This document shows positions 12,588 to 24,635 of a stretch of DNA of 64,000 bases, piece by piece. This stretch comes from an uncultured Planctomycetaceae bacterium. GTDB lineage: Bacteria > Planctomycetota > Planctomycetia > Pirellulales > PALSA-1355. The translations under genes and the position numbers were made by a program. Where the stretch lies: NCBI GenBank assembly GCA_963785305.1, contig CAWAUV010000004.1, forward strand, positions 224,001 through 288,000. Direction: 5' to 3'. The notes under the pieces were generated by a model. The model was not told the origin of the DNA. It searched no databases and worked only from the letters and a program-made list of their open reading frames with translations. The first letter of the stretch is position 1, and every line of letters begins with the position of its first letter.

Positions 12588-13640
12588 ATGCCGCTTTCGG
12601 CGCTCCAACCGCCCATTACCGATCCGACCCCCGTCTTTGAATTTTACCGGGCGAGCTATGGCTCGGAACTACTGGTCGCGGCCACGCATCACTACAAACT
12701 GTTCGAGCGCCTCGCCCCGGGGCCGCAAGCGTTTGACTCGCTCCGCGCCGAGCTCGGCCTCGCCGAGCGACCGGCGGTGGTGCTGCTCGGCGCGATGCGC
12801 GCGATGGGGCTCGTGGCCGCGGCCGCCGATGGCCGGCTCCAGTTGACCGCGATTGCCCGCGAGCATCTCACCACCAGCAGCCATTTCGATGTAAGCGATT
12901 ATCTGGGTCTTGCGGCCCAGGCGCCCGGCGTGCGCCAGATGATCGAGCGGCTGGAAAGCAACAAGCCGCTCGGCTCGCGGCCCGACGAAGAAGGCGCCGC
13001 CTTCATTTTTCGCGAGGGGCGCGAATCGGCGATGGAAAAAGAGACGCTCGCGCGGCACTTCACCTTGGCGCTGGCCGGCCGGGCCAAGAATGTCGCGCCG
13101 CTCCTGGCCGAACGGCTCGACCTCGCCGAGGCTCGGCGGCTAGTCGATGTCGGCGGCGGCTCGGGTATTTACTGCATCGCCTGTCTGCAAAAGAATCCCG
13201 CCCTGGAAGCGATCGTTTGGGATCGTCCGGAAGTGCTCAAGGTGGCGGGTGAAATGGCGGCGGCCCATGGAGTGTCCGGCCGGCTGGAGCTTCGGCCCGG
13301 CGATATGTTTGCCGACGAGCCGCCCGAGGCCGACGTGATGCTGCTCTCGAACGTGCTGCACGACTGGGATGTGCCCGAATGCCGCGCGCTGGTCAGCCGA
13401 TTGGCGGGCGTGCTGCCGACGGGCGGCCGGTTGGTCGTGCATGATGTATTTTTACACGATGATCTCGGCGGGCCGCTTGCCGTGGCGCTCTATAGCGCGG
13501 CGCTCTTTTGCTTTTGCGAAGGGCGGGCCTACAGCGCCGCGGAGTATCGGGCCTGGATGCAAGACGCGGGACTCGAACCCGGCGCGGTGGCGCCGACATT
13601 GGTGCATTGCGGAGTGCTGCAAGGCGTGAAACGGCATTGA
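12588..13640 (+). CDS. SAM-dependent O-methyltransferase with N-terminal dimerisation domain
   Basis: LVDVGGGSG SAM motif, GDMF, SNVLHDW. Confidence 0.88.
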   Translation: MPLSALQPPITDPTPVFEFYRASYGSELLVAATHHYKLFERLAPGPQAFDSLRAELGLAERPAVVLLGAMRAMGLVAAAADGRLQLTAIAREHLTTSSHFDVSDYLGLAAQAPGVRQMIERLESNKPLGSRPDEEGAAFIFREGRESAMEKETLARHFTLALAGRAKNVAPLLAERLDLAEARRLVDVGGGSGIYCIACLQKNPALEAIVWDRPEVLKVAGEMAAAHGVSGRLELRPGDMFADEPPEADVMLLSNVLHDWDVPECRALVSRLAGVLPTGGRLVVHDVFLHDDLGGPLAVALYSAALFCFCEGRAYSAAEYRAWMQDAGLEPGAVAPTLVHCGVLQGVKRH

Positions 13641-13675
13641 TCGCAATCGAACAATCGCATGGATCGAGGCGTTCG

Positions 13676-14312
13676 ATGGTGGACGATCCCTCGTTGCCCG
13701 AACGATTGGCCGCGCGACTGGCGCGGCCGCTGCCGGGCTCGCGCGCAGCGGGCGCTGCAGCCGGAATTGAGTTGCGGCCGCTATTTCTGCCCGGCGCCCG
13801 CCGACGCGCGCGAGGCCGCGATCGTGATCCTCTTGTACCGCGAACATGGGACCTGGCGGCTGCCGCTGACCTTGCGGGCCGATTCGCTCACCGACCACGC
13901 CGGCCAAATCTGCCTGCCCGGCGGTTCGCTGGAGCCCGGCGAATGCAGCTCCCACGCCGCCCTCCGTGAACTCGAGGAAGAGTTGGGCGTCGACACGCGC
14001 TCGGTGGAGTTCTTGGGAGATCTCTCGCCCTTGTGGCTCTACAACTCGAACTTTCATGTGCGCTCGCATGTGGCGCTGGCCACGCATCGGTCGGAATGGC
14101 GAATTCAATCACTGGAAGTCGCGGCTCTGCTGGAAATTCCGCTTGCCGACTTGCTCGATCCCGCCGCGCGCACGACCCGCGAGCACAGCCGCCGCGGAGT
14201 GCGATATGCTTGCCCCGGTTATTTGTGGCGCGAGAGCTTCGTATGGGGCTTTACGAGCTTGGTCTTGGCCGAGTTCTTGGCGGTGTCGGCCGACGCGCTC
14301 GCGACCGACTGA
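13676..14312 (+). CDS. Nudix hydrolase, CoA pyrophosphatase family (frameshift near 13745)
   Basis: LTLR...HAGQICLPGG and Nudix box AALRELEEELG; C-terminal VWGFT. Confidence 0.85.
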
Positions 14313-14353
14313 GTGTCCACGCCGCTTTTCTCCTCGCGTCCGTCGAACACCCA

Positions 14354-14773
14354 TCAAGGGCGATCGCGGGGCGATTCGAGCGGCGGCGCTCCGGCGCGGG
14401 CTCGCACCGCGTTCATCGCCGAAAGCACGTGCCGCCCCGAAAGCAGCCACAAGACGAGCGTCCGTTTGCCGGGCACGCTCACGAGACAGAGGCCGGCGAG
14501 AATCGCAAGCACTCCCGGCCCGGGCGCGAGGAGCATTACCACGCCCGCGGCGATCAACAGCCACCCCACCAGGTTTTTCACGATCCACCATGACCAGCGC
14601 GCCAGCGGATGCATGGCGTTGAACGAGTCGGGTTCGGTCTCGGCCGTGAAATAATCCGGCGGCAGCGAGATGGCGAACCATCTCGCCGCCCAAAGCCCGC
14701 CGAGCGAAAGGGCCAGCGACACGACCGCCCCGGCGACGAGCCAACCCGAGGCATGATTCAAAAGCGCGTGCAT
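14354..14773 (-). CDS. Small membrane protein, PGPGW-domain-like
   Basis: KNLVGWLLIAAGVVMLLAPGPGVLAILAG signature. Confidence 0.75.
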   Translation of the reverse strand: MHALLNHASGWLVAGAVVSLALSLGGLWAARWFAISLPPDYFTAETEPDSFNAMHPLARWSWWIVKNLVGWLLIAAGVVMLLAPGPGVLAILAGLCLVSVPGKRTLVLWLLSGRHVLSAMNAVRARAGAPPLESPRDRP

Positions 14774-14902
14774 GGGCAAGAGTCGATTCCTAAAAGACAC
14801 GCCTCGGTGGCGGGTCGCCGCGATGCCTGTTACAACGGGGGGCGGAGTTTTCAATATTCAGTGTTCGTGAGACGACGCCGTGTTTCATTTTCGGGGTTTC
14901 GC

Positions 14903-16477
14903 ATGAATCTGGCAAATGTGCTTATCGATGGGGAATGGCGCGCGGCCGACGCAAGCGGCGATTGGGGCGCCGTGAATCCCTCGACCGGCGAGACGATCGC
15001 CGGTCAGCGATATCCGGTTAGCCGCTGGTCCGACATCGAAGCCGCGCTCGCCGCCGCCGCTCGCGCGGCCGACGTAATGCGCGATCTACCGGGCGCCCAT
15101 CTAGCAAGCTTTCTCGATCATTATGCCGGCTTGATCGAAGCGGCCATCGTCGAACTTGTGGCGTGCGCCCATCACGAGACAGGTTTGCCGATGCGTCCGC
15201 GGCTGGCCGAAGTCGAGGCGCCGCGCGCGACGGCGCAGTTGCGACTCGCCTCCGCCGCCGCCCGACATTGCGCTTGGCAGATGCCCACGATCGACACCAA
15301 GCACAATATTCGCTCGTGCCTCGCGCCGCTGGGACCGGTGTGGGTGTTGGGACCGAACAATTTTCCGTTTGCCTTCAATAGCGTCGCCGGGGGGGATTTT
15401 GCCGCCGCGATTGCCGCTGGCAACCCAGTGATCGCCAAAGCCCACCCCTCGCATCCAGGCGTCACGCTTATGCTCGCCGAACTGGCGCTGGCCGCGGCGC
15501 AAGAAACCGGACTCCCGCCCGGCGCCGTGCAGTTGATTCATGGCATGAGTCCCGCGGATGGCGAGCGAGCCGTGGCCGATCGCCGAACCGGCGCCACCGC
15601 CTTCACCGGCGGACGCGCTTCCGGACTCAAGCTCAAACACGCCGCCGACGCCGCCGGCAAGCTGATCTATCTCGAAATGTCGAGCATCAATCCGGTGGTG
15701 ATCCTGCCGGGCGCCCTGGAAGAACGGCTTGACGCCGTGGTCGACGAATTCGTCACGAGCAGCTTGATGGGCTGCGGACAGTTTTGCACCAATCCGGGAC
15801 TTGTGCTGCTCGTGGAAAACGCGGCCAGCGAGGCGTTTATTCGCCAAGTCGCGGCCCGTTTCGAATCGGCGCCCGCGGGCGTGTTGCTCTCGAAAGCAGT
15901 CGGCGAGCACCTGGATACGAGCATCGGCGCGCTGACCAAGGCCGGCGCCAAAGTCCTGGCGGGGGCCAGTCGACGGGCCCGGTTATCGGCGCGCCGATAC
16001 CCTGCTGCGGGCGACCGGGGCCCAATTTCTCGCTCGGCCCGGTGAATTCCAAACGGAAGCGTTTGGCCCGGTGGCGCTCATGGTCGTGGCCGCCGATGTC
16101 GAGGAACTGGCGGCGGTCGTCGCTCAATTGGAAGGCAATCTCACCGGCTCGATCTATTCGCATACCTCCGGGGCCGATGACCGCGAATATGAACGGGTGG
16201 CCGCGCCGCTGCGTGGCGCGTGGGACGGCTGCTCAACGATAAAATGCCGACCGGAGTGGCCGTGAGCCCGGCGATGCAGCACGGCGGGCCCTATCCGGCC
16301 TCGGGGCATCCCGGCTTCACGGCGGTGGGCATTCCAGCCTCGCTCCGCAGATTCGCGGCGCTCGAATGCTACGACAATGTGCGCGACGGCCGCCTGCCGC
16401 TGCTGCTGCAAAACGGCAATCCGCTGGGCGCCTCGCGCATGATCGATGGGAATTGGACCACGGCTCAATTATTCTAG
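14903..16477 (+). CDS. NADP-dependent aldehyde dehydrogenase, alpha-ketoglutaric semialdehyde dehydrogenase-like (frameshifts near 15990 and 16215)
   Basis: GPNNFPFAFNSVAGGD, KAHPSHPG, FTGG, EMSSINPV, GQFCTNPG, PTGVAVSPAMQHGGPYPA. Confidence 0.88.
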
Positions 16478-16548
16478 ACGGTTTGGGGCTCCGCGGAGCC
16501 GATCTGTTTTCGACTTTGCTTTTCGACCTCTTGGCTTGCGGCGGCGCG

Positions 16549-17280
16549 ATGCGGTTGTTGAGTTACAACATTCATAAGGGAATCGGGGGTCGCGATCGGC
16601 GCTACCGGCTCGATCGGATTCTCGATGTGATCGAACACGAGAACCCGGATATCGTGTGCCTCCAAGAGGTCGACCACAATGTGCGCCGCTCGCATTTTCA
16701 CAATCAGCCGAAGCTGTTCGTGGAGCATTTCCGGCCCGCGGCGCACTTGAGCCAGACGAATGTGCGCGTGAAGCAGGGCGGCTATGGCAACCTGCTCTTT
16801 TCGCGTTGGCCGTTTTTGAGCCGGCATCAAATCTCGCTTCGACTGGGGCGCCGCAAGCCGCGCGGGCGCAGATCGCGGTGATTGATTCACCCGAGGGGCC
16901 GTTTTGCGTGGCCCACTGGCACTTGGGCCTCGCCGAAAAAGAGCGCCACTGGCAGACTCGGCATCTGCTCGAACATGCGCTGTTCAAGGAATCGAGCCAC
17001 TTGCCGACACTCGTGGTGGGCGACTCGAACGATTGGCGAAACACGCTCACGAAAGCCTGCTTCGTCGAGCGCAAGTTTCGCCAAGTCACGGCGCCGATTT
17101 CGAGGTTTCGCACCTTTCCGGCTTGGTTCCCGATCGGCTCGCTCGACAAGGCGTTTGTCAACGAGGGCGTGTATCTCCGTTCGGCGCGTGTCGCACACTT
17201 GGCTCGCCCGCCGCGCGTCGGATCATCTGCCGTTGATTCTCGATTTTCATCTGAGCGAGGCCTCGCTCGGCGCACCGTGA
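16549..17280 (+). CDS. Endonuclease/exonuclease/phosphatase family protein (frameshifts near 16865 and 17200)
   Basis: SYNIHKG, CLQEVD, YGNLLFSR, HLGL, GDSNDW, ASDHLPL. Confidence 0.88.
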
Positions 17281-17449
17281 CCGCCGCCCGAAGATGGACT
17301 TTCCGGAACCCCTCGTCGACGGACCACCAAAGGGTTGTTCTTTTTCGTTCGATCACAAGAATTCTTCGCTTGCCGCCCAAACTACATCCCCGAAGGCAAG
17401 GACTCCGCGCCATGTCTCCCCTCGGATCGAGTTTTCGGGAGGGACAGGG

Positions 17450-17900
17450 GTTGCATGAGTCGTTGTCGGAAACGGTGCGGCGGCGTTAGGCGGCCTTCGG
17501 AGTGAAGAAACTCGGGCACGGCGGCATGCATTATATCTGCAAGCTGTTTCGCCGCGATCCCGAGACGATTCGGCAACGCGCGCAAGACATCAAACAGCTT
17601 CCCGCGAACGGAGCGGCCAGCCGCGTCGGAAAAAAAGGGGACCGAAAGAAAGCTAGCATCGCGATGCCAGCACTCGTGCCGACCATCGAAAAGGTGATGG
17701 CGCTCGAAACGGCCGTGCGCACCGGTCGACGACGGCCTCCGCGGGACCTCGGAATCTGCCCCGAAAAGATCCATCACGTGCTTCGCGAAGGCGTGAGCCT
17801 TTCGCGGAGGCATGCGATCCGATGATCGGCAGGTCGCGCTATTCGCACGGCATTATCCGCTGCGCGACGAACGGTTCGAGCACATCGCCGCGCTTCGACC
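17450..17900 (+). pseudogene. Degenerate ISAzo13-family (Rhodopirellula-type) transposase remnant
   Basis: Translation ESLSETVRRR*AAFGVKKLGHGGMHYICKLFRRDPETIRQ...RVGKKG, then HYPLRDERFEHIAALR, resembles the ISAzo13 N-terminus. It has an in-frame stop, and no catalytic C-terminal part is recognisable. Confidence 0.65.
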
Positions 17901-17989
17901 CCCTTCGCCCAAGCGCGGAAGGATTCTTCCGGCCGCGGTCAGGAGGACCAGCGAGCAATCGACGCGCCACGCCTTCCGCGCCACGCCCT

Positions 17990-18027
17990 CCGCCACTCCG
18001 CCGCCACTCCGCCGCCACTCCGCCGCC
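17990..18027. repeat. Short tandem repeat, 11-bp unit CCGCCACTCCG about 3.5 copies
   Basis: Read directly from the sequence. Confidence 0.7.
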
Positions 18028-18042
18028 AACGCTGGATCTGGG

Positions 18043-18072
18043 TTGACAGCACTTCGCGGGTCCGCGTAGTAT
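18043..18072 (+). promoter_or_regulatory. Putative sigma70 promoter for transketolase genes
   Basis: TTGACA-N18-TAGTAT about 90 bp upstream of the ATG at 18164. Confidence 0.45.
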
Positions 18073-18163
18073 CCCGCCGCCGCGGAGCAGTTCGGCGCCG
18101 GCATGCGCGCTGGCCGCGGGAGGCTTCGCTTTTTCGACAATTACCCGCTCGAGAACCGCTCGC

Positions 18164-18997
18164 ATGCTTTCGCCATCCCAAAAGCCCGCTCGCTTTGATT
18201 GCCGCAGTCTTCGCGAGACCGTGCTCGACATGGCCTACCATGGCCAAACGGTGCATATCGCCTGCGCGTTTTCGTTGATCGAGACGATCGCGGTGCTGTA
18301 CCGCAATCATCTGCGCTATCCGAACCACGACTGCCGCCATCCGGAGCGAGATTACCTCGTGCTCAGCAAAGGCCACGGGGTGATGGCCCAGTATGCGTGC
18401 ATGCACGAGCTCGGCTGGCTTTCGCGAGAAGAGATCGGCCGCTACTTTCAAGATGGCACTCGGCTCAAGGGCCTTTCCGATGCCCATGTGCCGGGCCTCG
18501 AAGTTACCAGCGGCTCGCTGGGTCATGGACTGAGCGTGGGCGTGGGGCTCGCGATCGCGGCCAAGCGTCGAGGGACCGACCAGCGGGTTTACGCGATCGT
18601 GGGCGATGGCGAGATCAATGAAGGCGCCATTTGGGAAGCCGTGATGCTGGCGACCCATTGCCAGCTCGACAATCTCACGGTGATCGTCGACGCCAACGGC
18701 TTTCAGGCCATGGGCGCCACCGACGAAGTGATTTGCCTGGGCGACATCGCCGCGAAGTTCGCCGCGTTTGGCTGCCAGACGCGCAACGTCGATGGCCACG
18801 ACGAAACCGCGCTCGACGCCGCGCTTCGCGAGCTCGCCGCGCTACCGCGCGCTTGTCCGCGGGCACTGGTCGCCAAGACCGTCAAGGGACATGGCGTGTC
18901 GTTCATGGCGGACGACAACCGGTGGCACTATACCCGACTCACGGCCCAAACCCATGCCGCGGCCGTCGCTGAATTAACATCGAGGAAAGCCGCATGA
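18164..18997 (+). CDS. Transketolase-like protein, N-terminal TPP-binding subunit
   Basis: LSKGHG, SGSLGHGL, TPP motif GDGEINEG...N, TVKGHGVSFM...WHY. Confidence 0.92.
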   Translation: MLSPSQKPARFDCRSLRETVLDMAYHGQTVHIACAFSLIETIAVLYRNHLRYPNHDCRHPERDYLVLSKGHGVMAQYACMHELGWLSREEIGRYFQDGTRLKGLSDAHVPGLEVTSGSLGHGLSVGVGLAIAAKRRGTDQRVYAIVGDGEINEGAIWEAVMLATHCQLDNLTVIVDANGFQAMGATDEVICLGDIAAKFAAFGCQTRNVDGHDETALDAALRELAALPRACPRALVAKTVKGHGVSFMADDNRWHYTRLTAQTHAAAVAELTSRKAA

Positions 18998-20011
18998 GAG
19001 CCGCATTTTCCGATTGCTTGGTCGCCGCCGCCCGCCGCGATTCGCGGGTGATGCTTTTGACGGGCGACCATGGCTATGCGCTGTTCGACAGCCTTCGCCG
19101 CGAGTGTCCCGCGCATTATTTCAATGCCGGCATCGCCGAGCAAAACATGGTGGGCGTGGCGGCCGGCATGGCCAAGGCCGGCTTGCGGCCGATCTGCTAC
19201 GGCCTGAGCGCATTCGTGCCGATTCGCGTGCTGGAACAGATCAAGCTCGATGTGTGCTATGAAAACCTGCCGGTGATCTTCATCGGCGACGGGGCGGGCG
19301 TCGTGTACAGCAGCCTGGGAACAAGCCATCAGAGCACCGAGGACATCGCCGCCTTGCGCAGTGCCGAACATGACAATCCTTTCGCCGGCCGATGCCCATG
19401 AGCTCACGGCTTGCATGGAACTAGCTTTTGCCCTGGAGAGCCCGGTGTATTTGCGCATGGGCAAAGCCGACCTGGGCGCGGTGCATGACCAGCCGCCGCG
19501 GGTCAAGGTCGGCCAATTGCTGGAAATTCGCCGCGAGGAGCAATCCGGGAAGGAATCGCGCCCCACGAAACGTCTCACGACCGAGCGGCCCCTCACCTTC
19601 ATTGCCACCGGGTCGATGGTCACCACGGCCTTGAGCGTGGCGGAATCGTGGCCGACGAGCGTCGTCTGGAGTGCCCCGTGCATCAAGCCGCTCGACGCCG
19701 AGCAAGTGACCGCGATCTGCCGAGCAAGCGAATCGGTCGTGGTGCTCGAGGAGCATTCCGTGCATGGCGGCCTCGGCTCGGCCGTGGCGGAAATCGCCGC
19801 CGAATCCGCCGCCGGTCGCGTGCTGCGCGTCGGCATCCAAGACCGCTTCTCCGCCTATTGCGGCAGCTATGAGTATCTGATGCGCGAGCACGAGCTCACG
19901 GCCCAACACATCTCCCAAAAAATCGCGACCCACCTGGCGGCGACTTCGGGCCGCGAGCAGCAGGCGAAATGGCAGACGCCAACGCCGAGCCGCAACCGCT
20001 CGGCGGCTTGA
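18994..20011 (+). CDS. Transketolase-like protein, C-terminal subunit (frameshift near 19360)
   Basis: AGIAEQNMVG, EQIKLD, GTSHQSTED, YLRMGK, LEEHSVHGGLGS; ATGA overlap with the N-terminal subunit. Confidence 0.9.
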
Positions 20012-20067
20012 TTGGTGGCGCATGTCGAAGCCCAGCGCGCGGGCCGACGGTCAAAAGACGGTCTTCG

Positions 20068-21537
20068 TCATCGGCTCCAGCGATAAGTCGCTCCGGCTGG
20101 ACCGATTGCTTCGATTTCACTCTGATGGCGGCGATCATTGATCGCGGTCGACTTACCCAATTGCAACGCCGCGAGTTCACGACTGACGCCGAATCGCTCG
20201 GTGAGGCGACCAATGGCGGGCGGAACATCTTGCGAATCGAGGTATTCCGCCTCAGCCAGCTTGCGCGGACAGAGAAATTCCGCGGCGAAAGCGTTGGCTC
20301 GTTGCTCAACCGATTTATCCATGGCGCCACGGGTAACCGCTGAGAGCGGCAGCGCCGTCAGGCGGTCGATCAACAAATGGCAAATCTCGTGAGCCAAGGT
20401 CGCTCGCAATGCGCCTTGATTAGCACGATGCTTCTCGGAATCGTTATAGACAATGTGTGGTTGGCTGCCATGTGCCCAGAAGGCGACGGCGTCGAGTGAA
20501 GGAGTCTCGAAGTCGGTTTTTTCGACAATTACATCCCACTCCGAAAGCACGTCGTTCGGTTCGACTCGAGCTTCCGCGTCGGCGAACTGCTTTCGAAGCC
20601 AGTTCGCCACCAAGGCGCCTTGTTGATAAGGCCGAAGAGCGAGGGGCCCGTTTTCCTCGAGAAGTCGCAGCACGGCATGCGTCTTTTCGTCGAGCTTCGC
20701 CGATGCCGTTTTGTTTACTGCCCGCGCGCGTTGCACGAGAAGCTGAAGTTTGGCGGGCGGCAAAACGCCTTTACAACGGTAGGTCAGGTCGAAGCATACA
20801 TTATGCTCGAGCCCGGTGCTTCCGGAATCGTTGAAGAACTGGTCAAACGATTCTTCTCCACACGCCGTGCGCAAATACTCATCCGGCAGGCCGGTGGCGA
20901 TTTTCGCCGCTATCTCGACGCTTACGGATTCTCGATTGGACCATGCTCGCAGGGCGGAGGTGGACCTCGGGTCCGTTGCCGTTTTCAGCCGGGAGGCGAT
21001 TTCGTTTCCAACGTCGACAAGCACGTGCTTCACGTCGGCCTCGGGCAATTGCTCGATCCGCGAACTAAGGCCAATCTGAGCCTCGATCAGAAATCGGCCA
21101 CCGCTGCGCACAAACCACAACTCGGGTCTCAATGCGCCCGCCGAACACTCGGCGAGGTTGTGGCTCATCTTGAAGGCATAAGCGACTTCGTCTTCGGCGG
21201 CACGGCGGGATTCATCGAACCATTCCCATCGCGTTTCGAGCGCGGCGTCAAGGCCCGACGGCCGGTCGGGTCGGACATGAAAAGGATAATCTTGCTCACC
21301 GATCAGGTAGAGCCAATAATTGCCGAGGAACTCCAGCAATTCGATCCATTGCGAACGAATTCCTTTTACAACGTTCGCATGGGAGCCGCGCGTCCCCCAT
21401 ACCGGCTCGCCGCCCAATAATATCGCCAACGTCCCATGGGTGGGGCCGAATGTGGCGTCCTCCGGAGAGGACTCGCGCCACGCGAACTCGAAGCAAAGTT
21501 CCTTGCGAGACGTGGCGATTATTTTCCTCGCAGACAT
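20068..21537 (-). CDS. ImmA/IrrE-family (M78) metallopeptidase-domain protein with long uncharacterised N-terminus
   Basis: RATLAHEICHLLID (HExxH) followed by EQRANAFAAEFLCP and a C-terminal RFGVS helix. Confidence 0.85.
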   Translation of the reverse strand: MSARKIIATSRKELCFEFAWRESSPEDATFGPTHGTLAILLGGEPVWGTRGSHANVVKGIRSQWIELLEFLGNYWLYLIGEQDYPFHVRPDRPSGLDAALETRWEWFDESRRAAEDEVAYAFKMSHNLAECSAGALRPELWFVRSGGRFLIEAQIGLSSRIEQLPEADVKHVLVDVGNEIASRLKTATDPRSTSALRAWSNRESVSVEIAAKIATGLPDEYLRTACGEESFDQFFNDSGSTGLEHNVCFDLTYRCKGVLPPAKLQLLVQRARAVNKTASAKLDEKTHAVLRLLEENGPLALRPYQQGALVANWLRKQFADAEARVEPNDVLSEWDVIVEKTDFETPSLDAVAFWAHGSQPHIVYNDSEKHRANQGALRATLAHEICHLLIDRLTALPLSAVTRGAMDKSVEQRANAFAAEFLCPRKLAEAEYLDSQDVPPAIGRLTERFGVSRELAALQLGKSTAINDRRHQSEIEAIGPAGATYRWSR

Positions 21538-21911
21538 CGGCCCACCTCGACTTCGCAATCCAATATTCGCGCCAGATCCAATATTCGTCGTTTCAATTCA
21601 TGGGGCAATTTCGCGGCACGAGTTGGATTCTCGGGAAAGCCATGATACGAAACCCCGGGCACGGTCGGAGTGGCTCGATAGAGTTGCCCATCACGGATAT
21701 TATAAATCCGCTCCGGATAAGAATGTGGCCAACGGATCGGAGAATATTCGATTCGATCGTTCGAATTCAGCAGATTCTCGGCGATCGATTCGCCGATCGT
21801 GGTCGGGCACTTGCCGATTTCCTCGCCTTGGTGGAACACGAAACCGGCTTTTTCCTGCGTCCAACCCCGCTTGTGCTTTCTGTCGGAATTTGGCTCGTAT
21901 TTCCAAGGCAT
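21519..21911 (-). CDS. Hypothetical 130-aa protein, possible nuclease-type toxin partner of the IrrE-like gene
   Basis: Open ORF in a more AT-rich segment overlapping the start of the IrrE gene; N-terminal KHK and C-terminal SYHGFP motif. Confidence 0.65.
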   Translation of the reverse strand: MPWKYEPNSDRKHKRGWTQEKAGFVFHQGEEIGKCPTTIGESIAENLLNSNDRIEYSPIRWPHSYPERIYNIRDGQLYRATPTVPGVSYHGFPENPTRAAKLPHELKRRILDLARILDCEVEVGRCLRGK

Positions 21912-22001
21912 GGTTCGCTTGACCGCGGCCTTATGTCATTTGACGACAATTCATCGCGGATACTTGACGCGCTCGCGCAGCAGCGATCCGAAGTCGTCGG
22001 C

Positions 22002-23331
<1,330 letters not shown>

Positions 23332-23342
<11 letters not shown>

Positions 23343-24309
23343 GGGCGAGAAACTCCTTATACCAAGCAATCGTTCGCTTGAGACCTTCGTCGAGATCGAA
23401 CAGCGGCGCCCAGTCGAGCATCGTCTGGGCCTTGGTCGGGTCGAGATACTGGTAACGAATCTCGCTGCTGGCTTCGTTGCGCACATCGGGCGCCAGATTC
23501 GAGCCCATCTGTCGCAAAATCCGGTCGACCAGCTCGAGAACCGTCACTTGCAGGGCGTTCGAAAAATTAAACGCCTCGCCCCGCAGTTCGGGCCGGGCGG
23601 CGAGCGATTCGGCCAGCAGCATGTAAGCCGCCGCGCCGTCTTCGACATAAAAATAATCGCGAATGTAATTGCCATCGGAGCGAATCACCGGCCGCTCGTC
23701 GGCCAGCACGCTACGAATCGTGCCGGGCACGATTCGATTCCAATTCATATCACCGCCGCCGTAAAAATTTCCGCAGCGCGTGATCACCACCGGCGAGCCG
23801 TAGGTGATCGCATAGGCTTGCGAGATCAGATCGGCGCACGACTTGCTTACATCATAGGGATGCCGGCCCTCGAGCGGCGCGGTTTCGGCGTAGGGCAATG
23901 TCTCGTGGTCGCCATAGGCTTTGTCGCTCGAGGCGATGACGATCTGCTTCACGCGCGGCGAGCGGCGGCAGGCTTCGAGCAGGGCCCACGTGCCGCGGAT
24001 ATTGCTTTCGAAAGTCGACACCGGGTTGCGATTGGCGATGCCGACGATCGTTTGCGCGGCGAGATGGAATACGGTGTCGACTTCGTATTCGCCGATCGCG
24101 CGCTCGAGCATTTCTTGCTCGCACACATCGCCGCGCACGACTTTGACTCGCTCGAGCATGCCGCCGCGCACCAGCTCGCATTGCGGCGCCCAATCGCGAA
24201 TCAGGCACACCACGTCGGCTTCGGCCTCGAGCAGTCGGCGCACCAGCCAGCTTCCGACCAGCCCGGTTGCTCCAGTGACCAAGGTCGACCGATGTCGCCA
24301 AAAACTCAT
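23332..24309 (-). CDS. NDP-sugar 4,6-dehydratase (CDP-glucose 4,6-dehydratase RfbG-like, extended SDR)
   Basis: [36 protein letters not shown]; overlaps the start of rfbH. Confidence 0.85.
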
Positions 24310-24635
24310 GAATCTTCCTCCGCGGGGCTTGCGCAGCGCAATGATTTTGTCGGATCGGGCCGCGGCCGAGCGGCCGCGCTCGAAGTCGTTGCCGATGCGC
24401 GACATCGAAGCTCGCCCCGAGCCTGCTGGCAGTTCAGAATGTATCGTTCCGGCCCCATGCCGGCAACGTCGATTGGGACCGAGAGACCGCGCTCCACGCC
24501 CGACCAAGCGCCACTCATTGCAAGCCGCCAAGTTGCCCGCTCCCCGCTTGCGGTCCACTCGGCGATGTGCGACGTTGGCCGCTATTGGCCCTGCTCATTG
24601 TGAAAAATCAGCTGCTAGCACCCCTGGGCGCCATC

